DNA of 64,000 nucleotides from Chiloscyllium plagiosum. Lineage: Eukaryota. Both the position numbers and the translations under genes were made by a program. The stretch covers positions 103,387,025-103,451,024 of the forward strand of contig NC_057717.1 in NCBI RefSeq assembly GCF_004010195.1, in the 5' to 3' direction. Shown piece by piece: positions 51,540 to 63,702 of this stretch. How positions within the stretch are numbered: the first letter of the stretch is position 1; each line of letters starts with the position of its first letter. The notes beneath the pieces were generated by a model. That model was not told the DNA's origin. It did not search any database and was given only the letters and a program-made list of their open reading frames with translations.

Positions 51540-54345
51540 ACAGAGTGAACAAATGCAACAAGACCTGGACAATACCCAGGCTTGGGCTGACAGGTATCAT
51601 TTATGCCACACAAATGCCAGACAATGACCATCACCAATGAGAGACAATCTAACCACCACCCCTGGATATTCAAAGGTATTACCATACTGACTCCCTCACT
51701 ATCAGCATTCTGGGGGTTACCATTGACCAGAGACTCATCTGGACTTGCCACATAGACAAGGTGACTACAAGAGCAGGTCAGAAGCAATGAAGACTGCAGT
51801 GAGTAACCCACCTCCTGTCTCCCCCGAGATTGTCCACCATCTACAAGGTACTAGTCAGGAGTATGATAGAATGTTTCCCAGTTGCCTGGATGGATGCAGC
51901 TCCAACAACACTCAAGAAGCTTGACACCATCCAGGATAAAGCAGTCGGGTTGATTGGCACCCGATCCACAAGCATCCATTCGCTCCACCACCAACCGTCA
52001 GTAGCAGCGGTATTATCTCCAAGATGCACTGCAGATATTTGCCAAAGATCCTGAGACAACACTTTCCCAAACATACAACCACATTTTCATCCAGGAGGAC
52101 ATGGATAGCAGATACATGGGAACACCATCCATTGTCTTAAAACACATAAAAGTGGATAAATCCCCAGGACCTGGTCATGTGTACCCTAGAACTCTGTAGG
52201 AAGCTAGGAAAGTGATTGCTGGGCCCCTTGCTGAGATATTTGTATCATTGATAGTCACAGGTGAGGTGCCGGAAGACTGGATGTTGGATATCGTGGTGCC
52301 ACTGTTTAGGAAAGCTGGTAAGGAAAAGCCAAGGAGCTATAGACCGGTGAGCATGATATTAGTGGTGGATGGAATCATGAAAGACAGGATTTACATATAT
52401 TTGGAAAGGCAAAGATTGATTAGGGATAGTCGGCAAAGATTGGTTAGGGACATGGATAGGATAAACAGACAATGTCTTTTCCCTGGGGTGGGGAGTCCAG
52501 AACTAGAGGGTATAGGTATAGAGTGAGAGGGGAAAGATATAAAAGGGACCAAAGGGGCATGGGAAATCATGTCTTACAAACTTGATTGAGTTTTTTGAAA
52601 AAGTAACAAAGAGGACAGATTAGGACATGATCCAAGTGTACTGCAGTAAGGCATTTGACCAGGTTCTTCATGAGAGATTGGTTAGCAAGGTTAGATTCTG
52701 TGGAATACAGGGAAAATGAGTCATTTGGATACAGAACTGGCTCAAAGGTAGAAGACAAACGGCGGTAGTGGAGGGTTGCTTTTCAAACTGGAGGATTGTA
52801 ACCAGTGGAGTGCCACAAGGATCAATGCTGGGTCCACTGTTTTTCATCAGTTATGTAAATGATTTAGAACATAGAACATAGAACAATACAGCGCAGTACA
52901 GGCCCTTTGGCCCCCAATGTTGCGCCAATCCAAGCCCACCTAACCTACACTAGCCCACTATACCCCTAAACCTTCTTTTCTCCAATGAAAACAACCCCAA
53001 GTGCCTCAGCCTTTCCTCATACGATCTTTCAACCATACCAGGCAACATCCTGGTAAACCTCCTCTGCACCAGTTCCAGTGCCTCCACATCCTTCCTATAG
53101 TATGGCGACCAAAACTGCACACAATACTCCAGATGTGGCCGCACCAGAGTCTTATACTTGGATGTGAACATAGGAGGTATGGTTGGTAAGTTGGCAGATG
53201 ACAACAAAATTGGAGGTGTCATGGACAGTGAAGAAGGTTACCGCAGGGTACAACAGGATCTTGATCAGATGGGCCAAATGGGCTGAGGAGTGCCAGATGG
53301 AGTTTAATTCAGATAAATGGAAGGTGATGCATTTTGGAAAAATAAATCAGAGCAGGACTTATACACTTAATGGTAAGGTCCTGGGGGCTGTTGCTGAACA
53401 AATAGACCTTGGAGTGCAAGTTCATAGTTCCTTGAAAGTGGAGTCGCACATAGATAGGATAGTGAAGAAGGAGTTTGGTAAACTTTCCTTTATTGGTCAG
53501 AGTATTGAGTATTCAAGCTGGGAGGTCATGTTGCAGCTGTACAGGACATTGGTTAGGCCACTTTTGAAATATTGCGTGCAATTCTGGTCTCCTTCCTATT
53601 GGAAGGATGTTGTGAAACGTCAAAGTGTTCGGAAAAGATTTACAAAGATGTTGCCAGGGTTGGAGGATTTGAGCTATAGGGAAAGGCTGGACAGGCTGGG
53701 GCTGTTTTCCCTGGAGTGTCAGAGGCTGAGGGGTGACCTTATAAAGGTTTATAAAATTATGAGGGACATGGATAGGATAAACAGACAATGTCTTTTCCCT
53801 GGGGTGGGGAGTCCAGAAGTAGACGGTATAGGTTTAGAGTGAGAGGGGAAAGATATAAAAGGGACCAAAGGGGCAACTTTTTCACACAGAAGGTGGCACA
53901 TGTATGGAATGGGCTGCCAGAGGAAGTGGTGGAGGCTGGTACAATTACAACATTTAAAAAGCATCTGGATGGGTATATGAATAGGAAGGGTTTGGAGGAA
54001 TATGAGTTGGGTGCTGGCAGGTGGGACTAGATTAGTTTGGGATATCTGGTCGGCATGGACGGGTTGGACCAAAGGGTCTGTTTCCTGTGCTGTACATCCC
54101 TATGACTCTCTGACCATCACCTGCAAGTCCCCCTCAGAGCCACTCACTATCCTGACTTGGAAATATGTCACCGTTCCTTTACTGTCACTGGGTCAAAGTC
54201 CTGGAATTCCCTCCCTAAGGGCACTGTGGGTCAACCCACAGCAGATGGACTGCATTGGTTCAAGAAGGCAGCTCACCCCCACCTCCTCAAGGGGGAATTA
54301 GAGACGGGCAATAAATGCTGGCCCCAGCCAACGATGCCCACTTCC
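51540..54345 (+). mobile_element. LINE family Y 3' part, interrupted by a CR1
   Basis: STIYKVLVRSMIECFPVAWMDAAPTTLKKLDTIQDKA; resumes at 54119. Confidence 0.85.
52130..54112 (+). mobile_element. About 2-kb CR1 LINE (decayed RT) with a nested minus-strand CR1 at 52865-53158
   Basis: KSPGP..VPEDW..YRPVS..GVPQGSMLGP..ADD..LYRTLVRP; TSD accatc at 52124-52129 and 54113-54118. Confidence 0.92.
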
Positions 54346-54356
54346 CAAAACGCATT

Positions 54357-54540
54357 TGATCTTTGATGCCAACCAGAGGGGCAGTTGAGGCTCCCACATC
54401 GCCTGAAGACAGTGCAGCACTCCCTCAGCGGTGCACAGTGAGTGCCGGTTTGGATATTTCTTTGTGCTCCAATTTCCTGTAAGGAATGGGAATCCACAAT
54501 CTGTGACCTTCGAGGTGAGTGTCTCATCCCCTGAGCCAGT
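54357..54540 (-). mobile_element. Deu-domain SINE-like fragment (similar pieces at 32866-32970 and 59096-59230)
   Basis: Minus strand ctgagggagtgctgcactgtc...ctgcccctctggttggcatcaaagatc resembles the Deu-SINE core. Confidence 0.55.
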
Positions 54541-55249
54541 TCAAAACTAACACAAGGGTAAGCTGATGGGGCTGTGCACAGAGGACAGCGCACGTTCATG
54601 TAATTTATGGTGAATATGTAATAAACAGAAAAAGATCTTTCTTTAATGAAAATTAAATAGTAATGCGAGTGTACAGTCGAAAGAGAATCTAGCTTGATAC
54701 TTGAAAGGAACATTCAATTATAGAGCTGAACGTTAATGGCAGAGCAGGAAGACATAGGTTTATATGATGACTAACCATTAGGAAAAGAAACCGAATTTCA
54801 TTTCTCACAATGAATGATTTTTAATCTAAAAACGCTCCCTGCTCTCAGTGAGTTATTAGGAATAGATAAAAGCAGCTATTTAATCAACAATATTCGATGG
54901 TGGTGCGAGATGCCAATTTAATACAGTCACCCATTTCTTGTCATTACACACTCAATTCATTCATATCCTGTTTATAATATTTCACAGTAACCATCTTCTG
55001 TTTGCAAACGGGATGAAGAGAACCTGTTTGGCATTCACTATGATTTTCCAATGGCACGCAGTCGGTTCAAATGAACCTCACGAAGGGTGACTGGGGCAAG
55101 AAAGTTTGTACTGAATGGGATCTGATTTTCCATTGAGAGGCTGGTTGGGCTCCCCCAGTGAGGCAACCTGTGTCAGGAAGTGGGGGCCGGGAAATTCATT
55201 TAGAGATGGACTTAGGAAGAGGGAGGAGATCTTCCACTTATGCAGGAGT

Positions 55250-55487
55250 AGGACCTAATGGGTAACTTTTACACACAGAGGGTGGTGCGTGTATGGAATG
55301 AGCTGCCAGAGGAAGCAGTGGATGCTGGTACAGTTACAGTATTTAAAAGGCATCTGGATGGGAACATGAATAGGAAGGGTTTAGAGGGATATGGGCCACA
55401 TGCTGGCAAATGGCACTGGATTAATTGGTCGACATGGACGATTTGGACCGAAGGGTTTGTTTTCACGCTGTACAGCACTATGACTCG
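55250..55487 (+). mobile_element. CR1 LINE 3' end
   Basis: GNFYTQRVVRVWNELPEE. Confidence 0.88.
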
Positions 55488-56059
55488 ATGACTGAAGAGA
55501 AAGACAAAAATTAATGACTTACAAATCGTCAGTAACAAATCCAATCAGAAATTCCCAAGAAACATCTTCACACAGAAAGTGGGAGAGAATGTGGGAGTTG
55601 CTACCCCAGGGATTTGTCAATGTTAATAGTGTAAAGGAAAGCAAGATAAGGACATGAGAGAGAAAGAGTTAGAAGGATGTGGTGACTGAGTGAGATAACG
55701 AAGAGTGGGAGGAAGCTGGATGAAGAATATATATTAGAATGGAGCAAAGGGACTGAATAGTCTTTTACCCATGCTATCTAAGTCTATATACTCTCACCGT
55801 AGAAAGTACAGTGTCTCAAATCTGAAAAGTGGAGATGTCTGAAAACTGGGCATATTTGTTATTGGCCAGGCACAAGTTTTAATGTATCTTAAAAACCTCA
55901 ATAATGTATGGACTTGTTTGGGCCAGTTCTGCAGTGGGGTGGAATAGCTATTGTTTTTGCACACCAGTCTTTTATTCCAAATGGTGTGGCTGAATCTGAA
56001 CCAACTTGGCTCAGCCTCCTTCACCACCCTCTCACCCCCTCCACACTCCCCACCCACCA

Positions 56060-56675
56060 ACTCCCCACTTGCCCTGGATGAGTGCAGCTCCAACAACACT
56101 CAAGAAGCTTGATACCATCCAGGACAAAGCAGTCCATTTGACTGGTACTATAACCCTCCAGGAGAAAGTGAGGACTGCAGATGCTGGAGATCAGAGCTGA
56201 AAATGTGTTGCTGGAAAAGCGCAGCAGGTCAGGCAGCATCCAGGGAACAGGAGAATCGACGTTTCGGGCATAAGCCCGAAGAAGAAGAAGAAATGTCGAC
56301 TCAGTAGCAGCAGTGTGTACCATCTACAAGATGCACTGCAGGAATTTACCAAAGATCTTTAGACAGCACCTTCCAAACCCACATCCACTGCCATCTCGAG
56401 GAAAGAGCAGCAGATGCATGGGAACATCACCCTCTGCAAGTTCCCCTCCAAGCCACTCACTATCCTGACTTGGAACGACATCATCGTTCCTTCACTGTCT
56501 TTGGGTCAAAATCCTGGTACTCCCTCCCTAAGGGCATTGTGGGTCAACCCACAGCAAGTGGACTGCAGCGATTCAAGAAGGCAGCTCACCCCCACCTTCT
56601 CAAGGGGCAACTAGGGACAGGCAATAAATGCTGGGCCCAGCCAACACTCCCCACGTCCCATGAATTAATTTTTAA
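56060..56675 (+). mobile_element. LINE family Y 3' fragment with a PLE family A insert (56161-56298, minus)
   Basis: WMSAAPTTLKKLDTIQDKA; tail gggacaggcaataaatgctgggcccagcc. Confidence 0.85.
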
Positions 56676-57293
56676 AAACACACTCTCCATGAGCCAAAAT
56701 CCAGCAAAATCTCAAATCTAACACGGATTCAGTCCTGACTTTCCTGTTTCAAGACACTACCACCACCATTTACAAATTAAAATAGTGCCTTTGTTATTGC
56801 ACAACGCACCAGAGCAGGTTCAGACAAAACAAAACCTGGCATTGAGCCGGAGGAGGAAGATCTGGGCATGGGTGATCAAAAGCTTGGCTGGTTTTGGTGT
56901 TCCTAGACCTGGACCGACAGACCCAGGTTCAAATCCCACCTGCTCCCAAGATGCGTAATAATATCTCTGAGCAGGTTGATGAGAAAATATATATTAAGGA
57001 GGGTCTTTCAGCAAGAGATAATTATTGAGGAAATTTAAGAGTTTAGGACCCAGGCAGCAAGCTCACAGTCATTGATGGTGGGGGAAGAGATACTGACAGG
57101 AGATCAGGGAATTGCAGAGATGGGAGAAACCAGAGAATGATTGGATACTCACTAAACTCTGCAGTGAGATTTCCAAATGCATTCAAACTTGTGTGGATTA
57201 CAACCATCCAAAATAGGAGCAGCAGTAGACCATTCAGCCCCTTGAGCTTACGTTGAACAGTCTGCTTCTGTTCCTGCTTTGTCAGCTTGCGTC

Positions 57294-57506
57294 ACTCCAC
57301 AGAGGCCAGTATCCTTTAGCTAAACGCGGAGAGTCCTTGACACTGATTCAGCTCCCTCAGAGCCAGCTCTCAGAGTGAGGAGAACCCCTGACACTCCTGG
57401 TGATACCTGTCAGACAGGGCTCCCGGACTGGACCAGAGCAACAGCCTTAATCAGGGAACTCAGATTCTATGAAGTCCCTCTAGCTGACCTCGTTACAATC
57501 ACTGCA
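57294..57506 (-). mobile_element. Solo/partial LTR of the Gypsy family at 19776-20107
   Basis: Shares cagctccctcagagccagctctcagagtgag...aatcagggaactcaga...cactgca. Confidence 0.85.
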
Positions 57507-58511
57507 TATGGAACCCCAGGAAATTTCTGCAATAATCTTTAGCTGGATGGCTGGGGAATAATTCAGAAACATTTAAGCAGCAGGCTTTAGGAGAGTTTTT
57601 TATCTTCCATATCTAATGTCTCACACAGAACAGCTGAATATTTACACCCCCTCCTGCAGGGGATTTGGATCCAGATCTTCTGATTGCAAGGAAGTTAAAT
57701 ATCTCGCTTTCCCTCCCAAGGGCATCATGTAGCACTCCCCCTCTGCTCTGCTGTTAAATTTATGAGGGCGAGAGAAAAGAGATTTAAATGTAAAGCAGTA
57801 ACATTTGTCATCACCTCCAGCCAACTGAGAACACTGGGAGCTCATGATTCTCTATCACGGCAGCATCAATTCGTCAGCTCCAACTCTGAAACATAACTGC
57901 AAGGGACACTTGCAGGAAATGCACATTGCCAGACTCTCACCCTCTCCAACTTCACCCACCACCACCACCACCCTCACCCCAGGCAAGCTGTCACCCAGGG
58001 GCAAGCTGCAGGAAGTTGACAAGAACAGTGGTAATCGAGCCTTTGTCCCCTGGTTAACCTGCATCTAATCAGTGACTGAGAACTAGAGAGAATGGAGTGG
58101 GGAGTGGGCCAGGAGGGTTATTTCACAACATTGTCTCCCTCCGGCGAGGCCAAATTTTCAACAGTGCTTTTCATGATGACCACCTGTGATTTTGACATGC
58201 AGTCACCGCTGGGACGTAGGAAGCACAGCACATTTGCGAGCAGCACTGTGAGAATGATCAAATAATTGTGTTCCAGTGACTAACATAAAGACAAAGTCAC
58301 TGTAATCGCACTCTCTGATTAGAAAGGGATACCTGGTGATGAGTTGCATCACATGCCGCATGTGAGGCCTGAGGTTGAGAAGGTATGGTTACCCCGATTG
58401 GTGCAGGAATTGAATCCATTGCTGTTGGTGTCACCTCTGCATCACAAATGAGCCATCCGATGAACTGAGCAAACCAACCCTATAGCGGCGCGGACCACTG
58501 GGAAGAACGTA

Positions 58512-58920
58512 GAGTCATATAGCACGGAAACAGACCCTTCGGTCCAACCAGTCCGTGCCAAACATAATCCCAAACTAAACTAGTCCCACCTGCCTGCTCC
58601 TGGCTCCAAACCCTTCCTATTTATGTACATATCCAAATGTCTTTTAAATGTTGTAACTAGATGCACATCCTCCACTTCCTCAGGAAGTTCATTCCACACA
58701 CGAACCGCTCTCCATGTAAAACATTTGCCCCTTGTGTCTTTTTTAAATCTCTCTGCTCTCACCTTAAAATATGCCCCGCAGCCTTGAAACCCCCTACCCT
58801 GGGGGAAAGACACCTACCATTAAGCCTATCCACACTTCTCATGCTTTTATAAACCTCGATAAGGTCACCTCTCAACTTCCTACCCTCCAGTGAAAAATGT
58901 CCCAGCCTCTCTTTGTAGCT
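58512..58920 (-). mobile_element. CR1 LINE 3' fragment
   Basis: AVRVWNELPEEV..FKRHLDMY. Confidence 0.88.
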
Positions 58921-58965
58921 CAGATCCTCTGCTCTGCTTCCCAGGCTTGGCTATGTGATCGTTGA

Positions 58966-59092
58966 GGAGAAAGTGAGGTCTGCAGATGCTGGAGATCAAA
59001 GCTGAAAATGTGTTGCTGGAAAAGCGCAGCAGGCCAGGCAGCATCCAGGGAACAGGAGAATCGACGTTTCGGGCATAAGCCCTTCTTCAGGA
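58966..59092 (-). mobile_element. PLE family A terminal repeat with intact hammerhead core
   Basis: Minus strand attc CTGAAGA agggcttatgccc GAAA c GTC gatt; flanking atgtgatc repeat. Confidence 0.82.
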
Positions 59093-60249
59093 ATGTGATC
59101 TTCTACGCCCACTGGACAGGGCAGAAGGTCCTCAGTTCGGGATCCCAGAATACCGCAGTGCTCTCTCAGTGACAGGTAGGCCAGAGTCTGCAGCCACATC
59201 TCAGGGATGGGAATCGGGCTTGAGAACAGAACGCTGTGGAAAAGAAATATCCACGATGACACTTAACAAACGGAAACATGGCCTCACATTCATGGAACTT
59301 CAACTAGCCTGCCACTTAACCTAACAAAAGTAGGAAATGCATTCAAGCAAACCCAGACACCGTTGGAGAAACTCAGTGTGTCTGGCAGCATCTGTGGAAA
59401 GAGAAACAGTTAATATTTCAAGCTCAGTGACCCTTCTTCTGAACTGTATGAATTTTTCATTACAGCGCTTTAACAAATCAACACATTCCTGATCTAACTT
59501 GTCTTGTACATCTCAAAACGGAGCACCGGAACATTCAATCCCAAGCATGACTGGATTATTTAAGTGTGTTTTTCTCTCTGGGGGAGTCTGTGGGGGCTGG
59601 GAAGGTGGGAGGATGTAAAAAAGGCTTTTTAAACTGGTCCCTTAGTGTACTCCCATTCCATATTAGGGATGGCATAGCAGTCTGCCTGAATGATGAGTGG
59701 GTGAGAGATTATGAGCATCCTGGAATTCTGCAACATCCAGTCTGTTATTGTTCCCAGTGGACATCAGCTTATCTCGAGATAGATCTCAGATGAGCCAATT
59801 TGTCAAAAAATGAAATCTTTCTCATCTTATCTGGAGAGATTCATCCCTCACGGAGGTTAAAAAAACAAAACACTCTTCAGTTTCACCGTTAATATCAGAC
59901 AAGGCAGTGTGAAACTCTGAGGGAGACAGTTAATAAGCTTATCAGAAGTCTGTGCTTTGTGGCCTGTTATCACTCAAGTTGCCACAGTCACCCTCTCACT
60001 CTATCCTATCTCCTCCATAGCCTACACTCTAAACACACTGACCTTACCCAGAGCTCTAATTGGCACCACCTAATGGGGTGAGGGAGCTGGGGGGAGTGAG
60101 GGTGCTGTGGGGGACGGTGAGGGATTTGGGGGGAGGTGGTGAGGGGCTGGGCAGTGAGGAGGTTGGAGGATGGAGGTGTGTGACAATGCTGCTCCCTTAA
60201 CATGATTATGTTGTCCTTGGTTTTTGTTTCAGAGGGATCATAAAGTCAT

Positions 60250-60785
60250 GGGTTCCGAGATGTCTGGGTTGAACTACTTGAAGAAACTTTTAAGTTTAAA
60301 AAAAAAGGCGCTGATACAATGAAAGGGGGGTCAATTCTCCAGAGCACAGCTTTTCGCTGGTTTGGTTTAGCTTTAGCAGTCTGGCTGTTCTGGGCTGCTG
60401 GTCAGTTGTTATCTGAGAATCCATGGCTCCATGGAAGGTATTCCATGCTGCATCTCTCTCTCTCCCCTGTAACACTCTGTGTTTGATTTTTATATTGCTT
60501 GCCAAGGGGTGTTGGTGGGGATCATTGTAGGTATTTGGAACAGCTTCATTAAATTGGGATTTTTGGATTGGTTAAGTTATTCTATATTCTATTCTCTTTT
60601 GTGTTTCATTTGGCAATCTTGCAAATAAATTCTGTTTTTGTTTAAAACTGAGTGGTTTGACCAGCTGCATCCCTCCTGGAATATCCACTATATACCTGCT
60701 TAACACAACTAGAAAAGTTTGGGTCCAGGCTACCTTTTGAAATGTTTTTGATGAGGGGGGGCGGAATCTGGCCTGGTCCATAACA
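60250..60785 (+). mobile_element. LTR-like repeat, homologous to about 49900-50330
   Basis: Shared blocks gagaatccatg, ttgccaaggg, ttggaacag..cat, taagttatt; both end tctgg.ctggtc.ataaca. Confidence 0.6.
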
Positions 60786-61079
60786 GGTGTCAATGAATTT
60801 CAAGTGCATTAACAATCCCAGCTGCTCAGGGAAAGAGTCATACCAAACTTGAAACATTAACTCTGTTTCTCTCTTTCTCTCCACATTTGCTGCCAGAGTT
60901 TGTCCAGCACTCTGTCTCCGTGAGGAGAGGGTCAGCTGACACTGGCAGTGCCCACTCGCACGTTTCATCACAGGATGTGGGCAAGGCTTCCAGCTGTTGC
61001 TGTCCCCAGCTGCCCCTGAACCAACAGGATTATCCCGGGGGCACTTGGGTCAGTCGAACAACAGCCAAATAAAGGCAAG

Positions 61080-61325
61080 ATCCTGCGAATGCTGGAAATC
61101 TGAAATATACTCAGGGAAACTCAACAGGTCTGGCAGCTTCCGTGGAGAGAGAAACAGAGGTAACATCTCGCGGTCAGTGAACCTTCTTCTGATACATAAA
61201 ACAAAGATGCCGAAAGTCTGAAACAAAAAGAGAAATTGCTGGAGAAACTCAGCAAGTCTGGCAGCATCTGTGGAGAGAGAGAGAAACAGAAGGAACACTT
61301 TGAATCCAGTATAACTTTTCTTCAT
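61080..61325 (-). mobile_element. Two tandem PLE family B repeats
   Basis: aaactca.ca.gtctggcagc...gtggagagagaaacag occurs twice. Confidence 0.7.
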
Positions 61326-61421
61326 TGCAAGCTTGGGGGATACCTAGCCCTGCTAGTTTCTTTTTATTTCAAATATATACTTTACTCATAAAAATATCTT
61401 TCTATATCTCCGTAGTCACTA

Positions 61422-61628
61422 AGTTAAAAATCACACAACACCAAGTTAGAGTCCAACAGGTTTATTGGGAAGCACTAGCTTTTGGAGCGCTGCTCCTTCG
61501 TCAGGTGGTTGTCAGGAGCAAGCGTTCTAAAAGCTAGCGCTTCCAAATAAACTTGTTGGACTGTAACATGGTGCTGTTGATTTTTAACTTTGTACACCCC
61601 AGTCCAATACCGACACCTCCAAATCATA
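61422..61628. mobile_element. PLE family C fold-back insert
   Basis: gttaaaaatca...tgatttttaac inverted ends; core ctgacga..aaaag cta on minus; flanking gtcacta repeat. Confidence 0.8.
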
Positions 61629-61657
61629 CATGGTCACTAGCGCAGTTCTGCTCTGGA

Positions 61658-62000
61658 TGTAGGTTTGCTCGCTGAGCTGGAAGGTTCTGAGCTGAGCTGA
61701 GGGTCTAGAAGCATGGCACTCCAACCAGAACTCTATCAACAAACACATTGGCTTGGATCCCATTTATCACCCCCGAGAAAAAGAACAGGAAATGACATCA
61801 CCATACGAAATGGCATCACCAACCCAAGGAAACCCAAACGTATAAATAGAAAGCGGGCTACACCCACCAGTGCTTCATCCAGAGGCTCACTGAAGATGTT
61901 ACCCAGTATGGTGACAAAACATCTGGAAACAAACCTTCCAGCTCAGCGAGCAAACCTACAACCAGAACTTCAACCTGAGCTACAAATCTCAAAACTCACT
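61658..62000 (+). mobile_element. Penelope/Poseidon-type 3' end (family D) with an inverted 5' stub
   Basis: LEAWHSNQNSINKHIGLDPIYHP from 61705 resembles a GIY-YIG C-terminus. Hammerhead remnant at 61888-61925. 29-bp inverted repeat at 61658-61686 and 61932-61960. Confidence 0.82.
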
Positions 62001-62807
62001 CGCAGATCAATTCTGTGCAGCAGCATATAAAGAAACAAACCTTAGAGTTTGACTCTAGCCAGCAAACCAACCCAAGGCATTTCTTACTTGTACAAGACTA
62101 TATTTATATATATTTGAGGTACCAGGAGGGTCCAATAACTGGACCCCCATTTACCTTCAGCAGAAAGATCTCAGATGATGATCTTTCTCCAGGCTAGTTT
62201 GCAAAGATATCAACAGCATGAGTTCAATTCCTACACCAGCTGAGGCTACCATGATGGTCCCTCCTTTGAACCTCACCTGAGGCTTAGTGACCCTCAGGTT
62301 AAGCCATCTTTTTTTTCTATGGAGAGAGTAGCCCGATGTTGACTTCATCTTTAACTCTACATCGTTCTCTTTGCTGCATCTCCCCAACAACTTCCTAGGT
62401 TTCTTTCAGAGAGCAGTTAATTTATTTTAGCTCCACAAATGATCAATGGTGCAATGCTGGTAATGGGATAATCGATTGCTGCTCCCTCTCTCCTGACTGT
62501 CACTTATTAAACACCTGAACAAAAGGGGGAATTCTCCCCAAGAAGAACACAAAACCAAAACTCCATTGTATCGATTGCACGTATTCCACTCTGCGCATCA
62601 GGTTCTGTCAACAGTGTGAGGAAATCTTCCAGATTTATACACAGTTAATCTTCATCAGACTGGAACCAGCAAATACTTCACAGTGAAATGGTTTCCAACA
62701 CCAAAGGTCCAACAATAAAAAAAAATAAATCGGTTTCGAACAAGTGTGCATGAAATCTAATTCAAACTGTGATACAGTGGCAGTGTTCCTACTCTGGACT
62801 AGAGACA

Positions 62808-62915
62808 ATCTGCCTCTATTCCTGATGAAGGGCTTTTGCCCAAAACATTGATTTTCCTTCTCCTTGGATGCTGCCTGAACTGCTGTGCTTTTCCAGCACC
62901 ACTCTGATCTAGAAC
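62808..62915 (+). mobile_element. PLE family A terminal repeat
   Basis: ttcctgatgaagggcttttgcccaaaacattg; flanking ctagagaca repeat. Confidence 0.8.
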
Positions 62916-62933
62916 CTAGAGACACTTGAGTTG

Positions 62934-63267
62934 AGCGGCACGGTGACTCAGTGGTTAGCACTGCTACCTCCATCACCAGGGGCGAGGGTTCGATTCCAAC
63001 CTCTGTGTGGAGTTTGCACATTCTCCCCATGTCTGTGTGGGTTTCCTTTGGGTGCTCTAGTTTCTCCCCACAGTCTGAAGATGTGCAGGTTAGGTGGATC
63101 GGCTGTGCTAAATTGCCTGTAGTGTCCAGGGATGTGAAGGCTAGGTAGGTTAGCCATGGGAATGCAGGGTTACAAGGATAGAGTGGCGGAAGTGGTTCTA
63201 GGTGGGATTCTCTTCAAAGGGTTGGTATGAGCTGAATGGCTTGCTTCCACACTGTAGGGATTCTATG
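62934..63267 (+). mobile_element. HE1-type V-SINE
   Basis: Head gcggcacggtgactcagtggttagcactg; V-domain; about 2 copies of the 42-bp-like unit. Confidence 0.88.
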
Positions 63268-63479
63268 AAATGCCACTTGCTTCAGGGTATATAATAATAT
63301 TGCTGAAGAGGTTGAGCATAAGAATGTTTCAAACGTCAGTTATAGGTATCAAGAAGACAAAGCATAATGTTCTCTCACACTTAGTCTGACAACACATTTG
63401 ATTTGCTTAAGTAACCAGCTTTCTCCAAATCTTTGTTTACAACAAAAATACAATTGAGCTCCATAATGTAAAGTAAAGA

Positions 63480-63700
63480 GAGAAATTGCTGGTGAAACTG
63501 AGTATATCTGGCAGCATCTGTGGAGAGGGAAACAGAGTTAACGTTTCTGAAGAAGAATTGTTTTGGACTCAACTGTTTCTTTTTCCACAGATGAAAAAGA
63601 AACAGTTGAGTCCAAAACAATTCTTCTTCAGAAACGTTAACTCTGTTTCCCTCTCCACAGATGCTGCCAGACCAGCAGAGTTTCTCCAGCACTTTCTGCT
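63480..63700. mobile_element. PLE family B fold-back with 79-bp perfect arms
   Basis: 63507-63585 is the exact reverse complement of 63593-63671. Confidence 0.85.
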
Positions 63701-63702
63701 TT

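Noticed and set aside
54572..54592. REST/RE1-like site (gcacagaggacagcgc)
   Set aside because: Only the right half-site matches well
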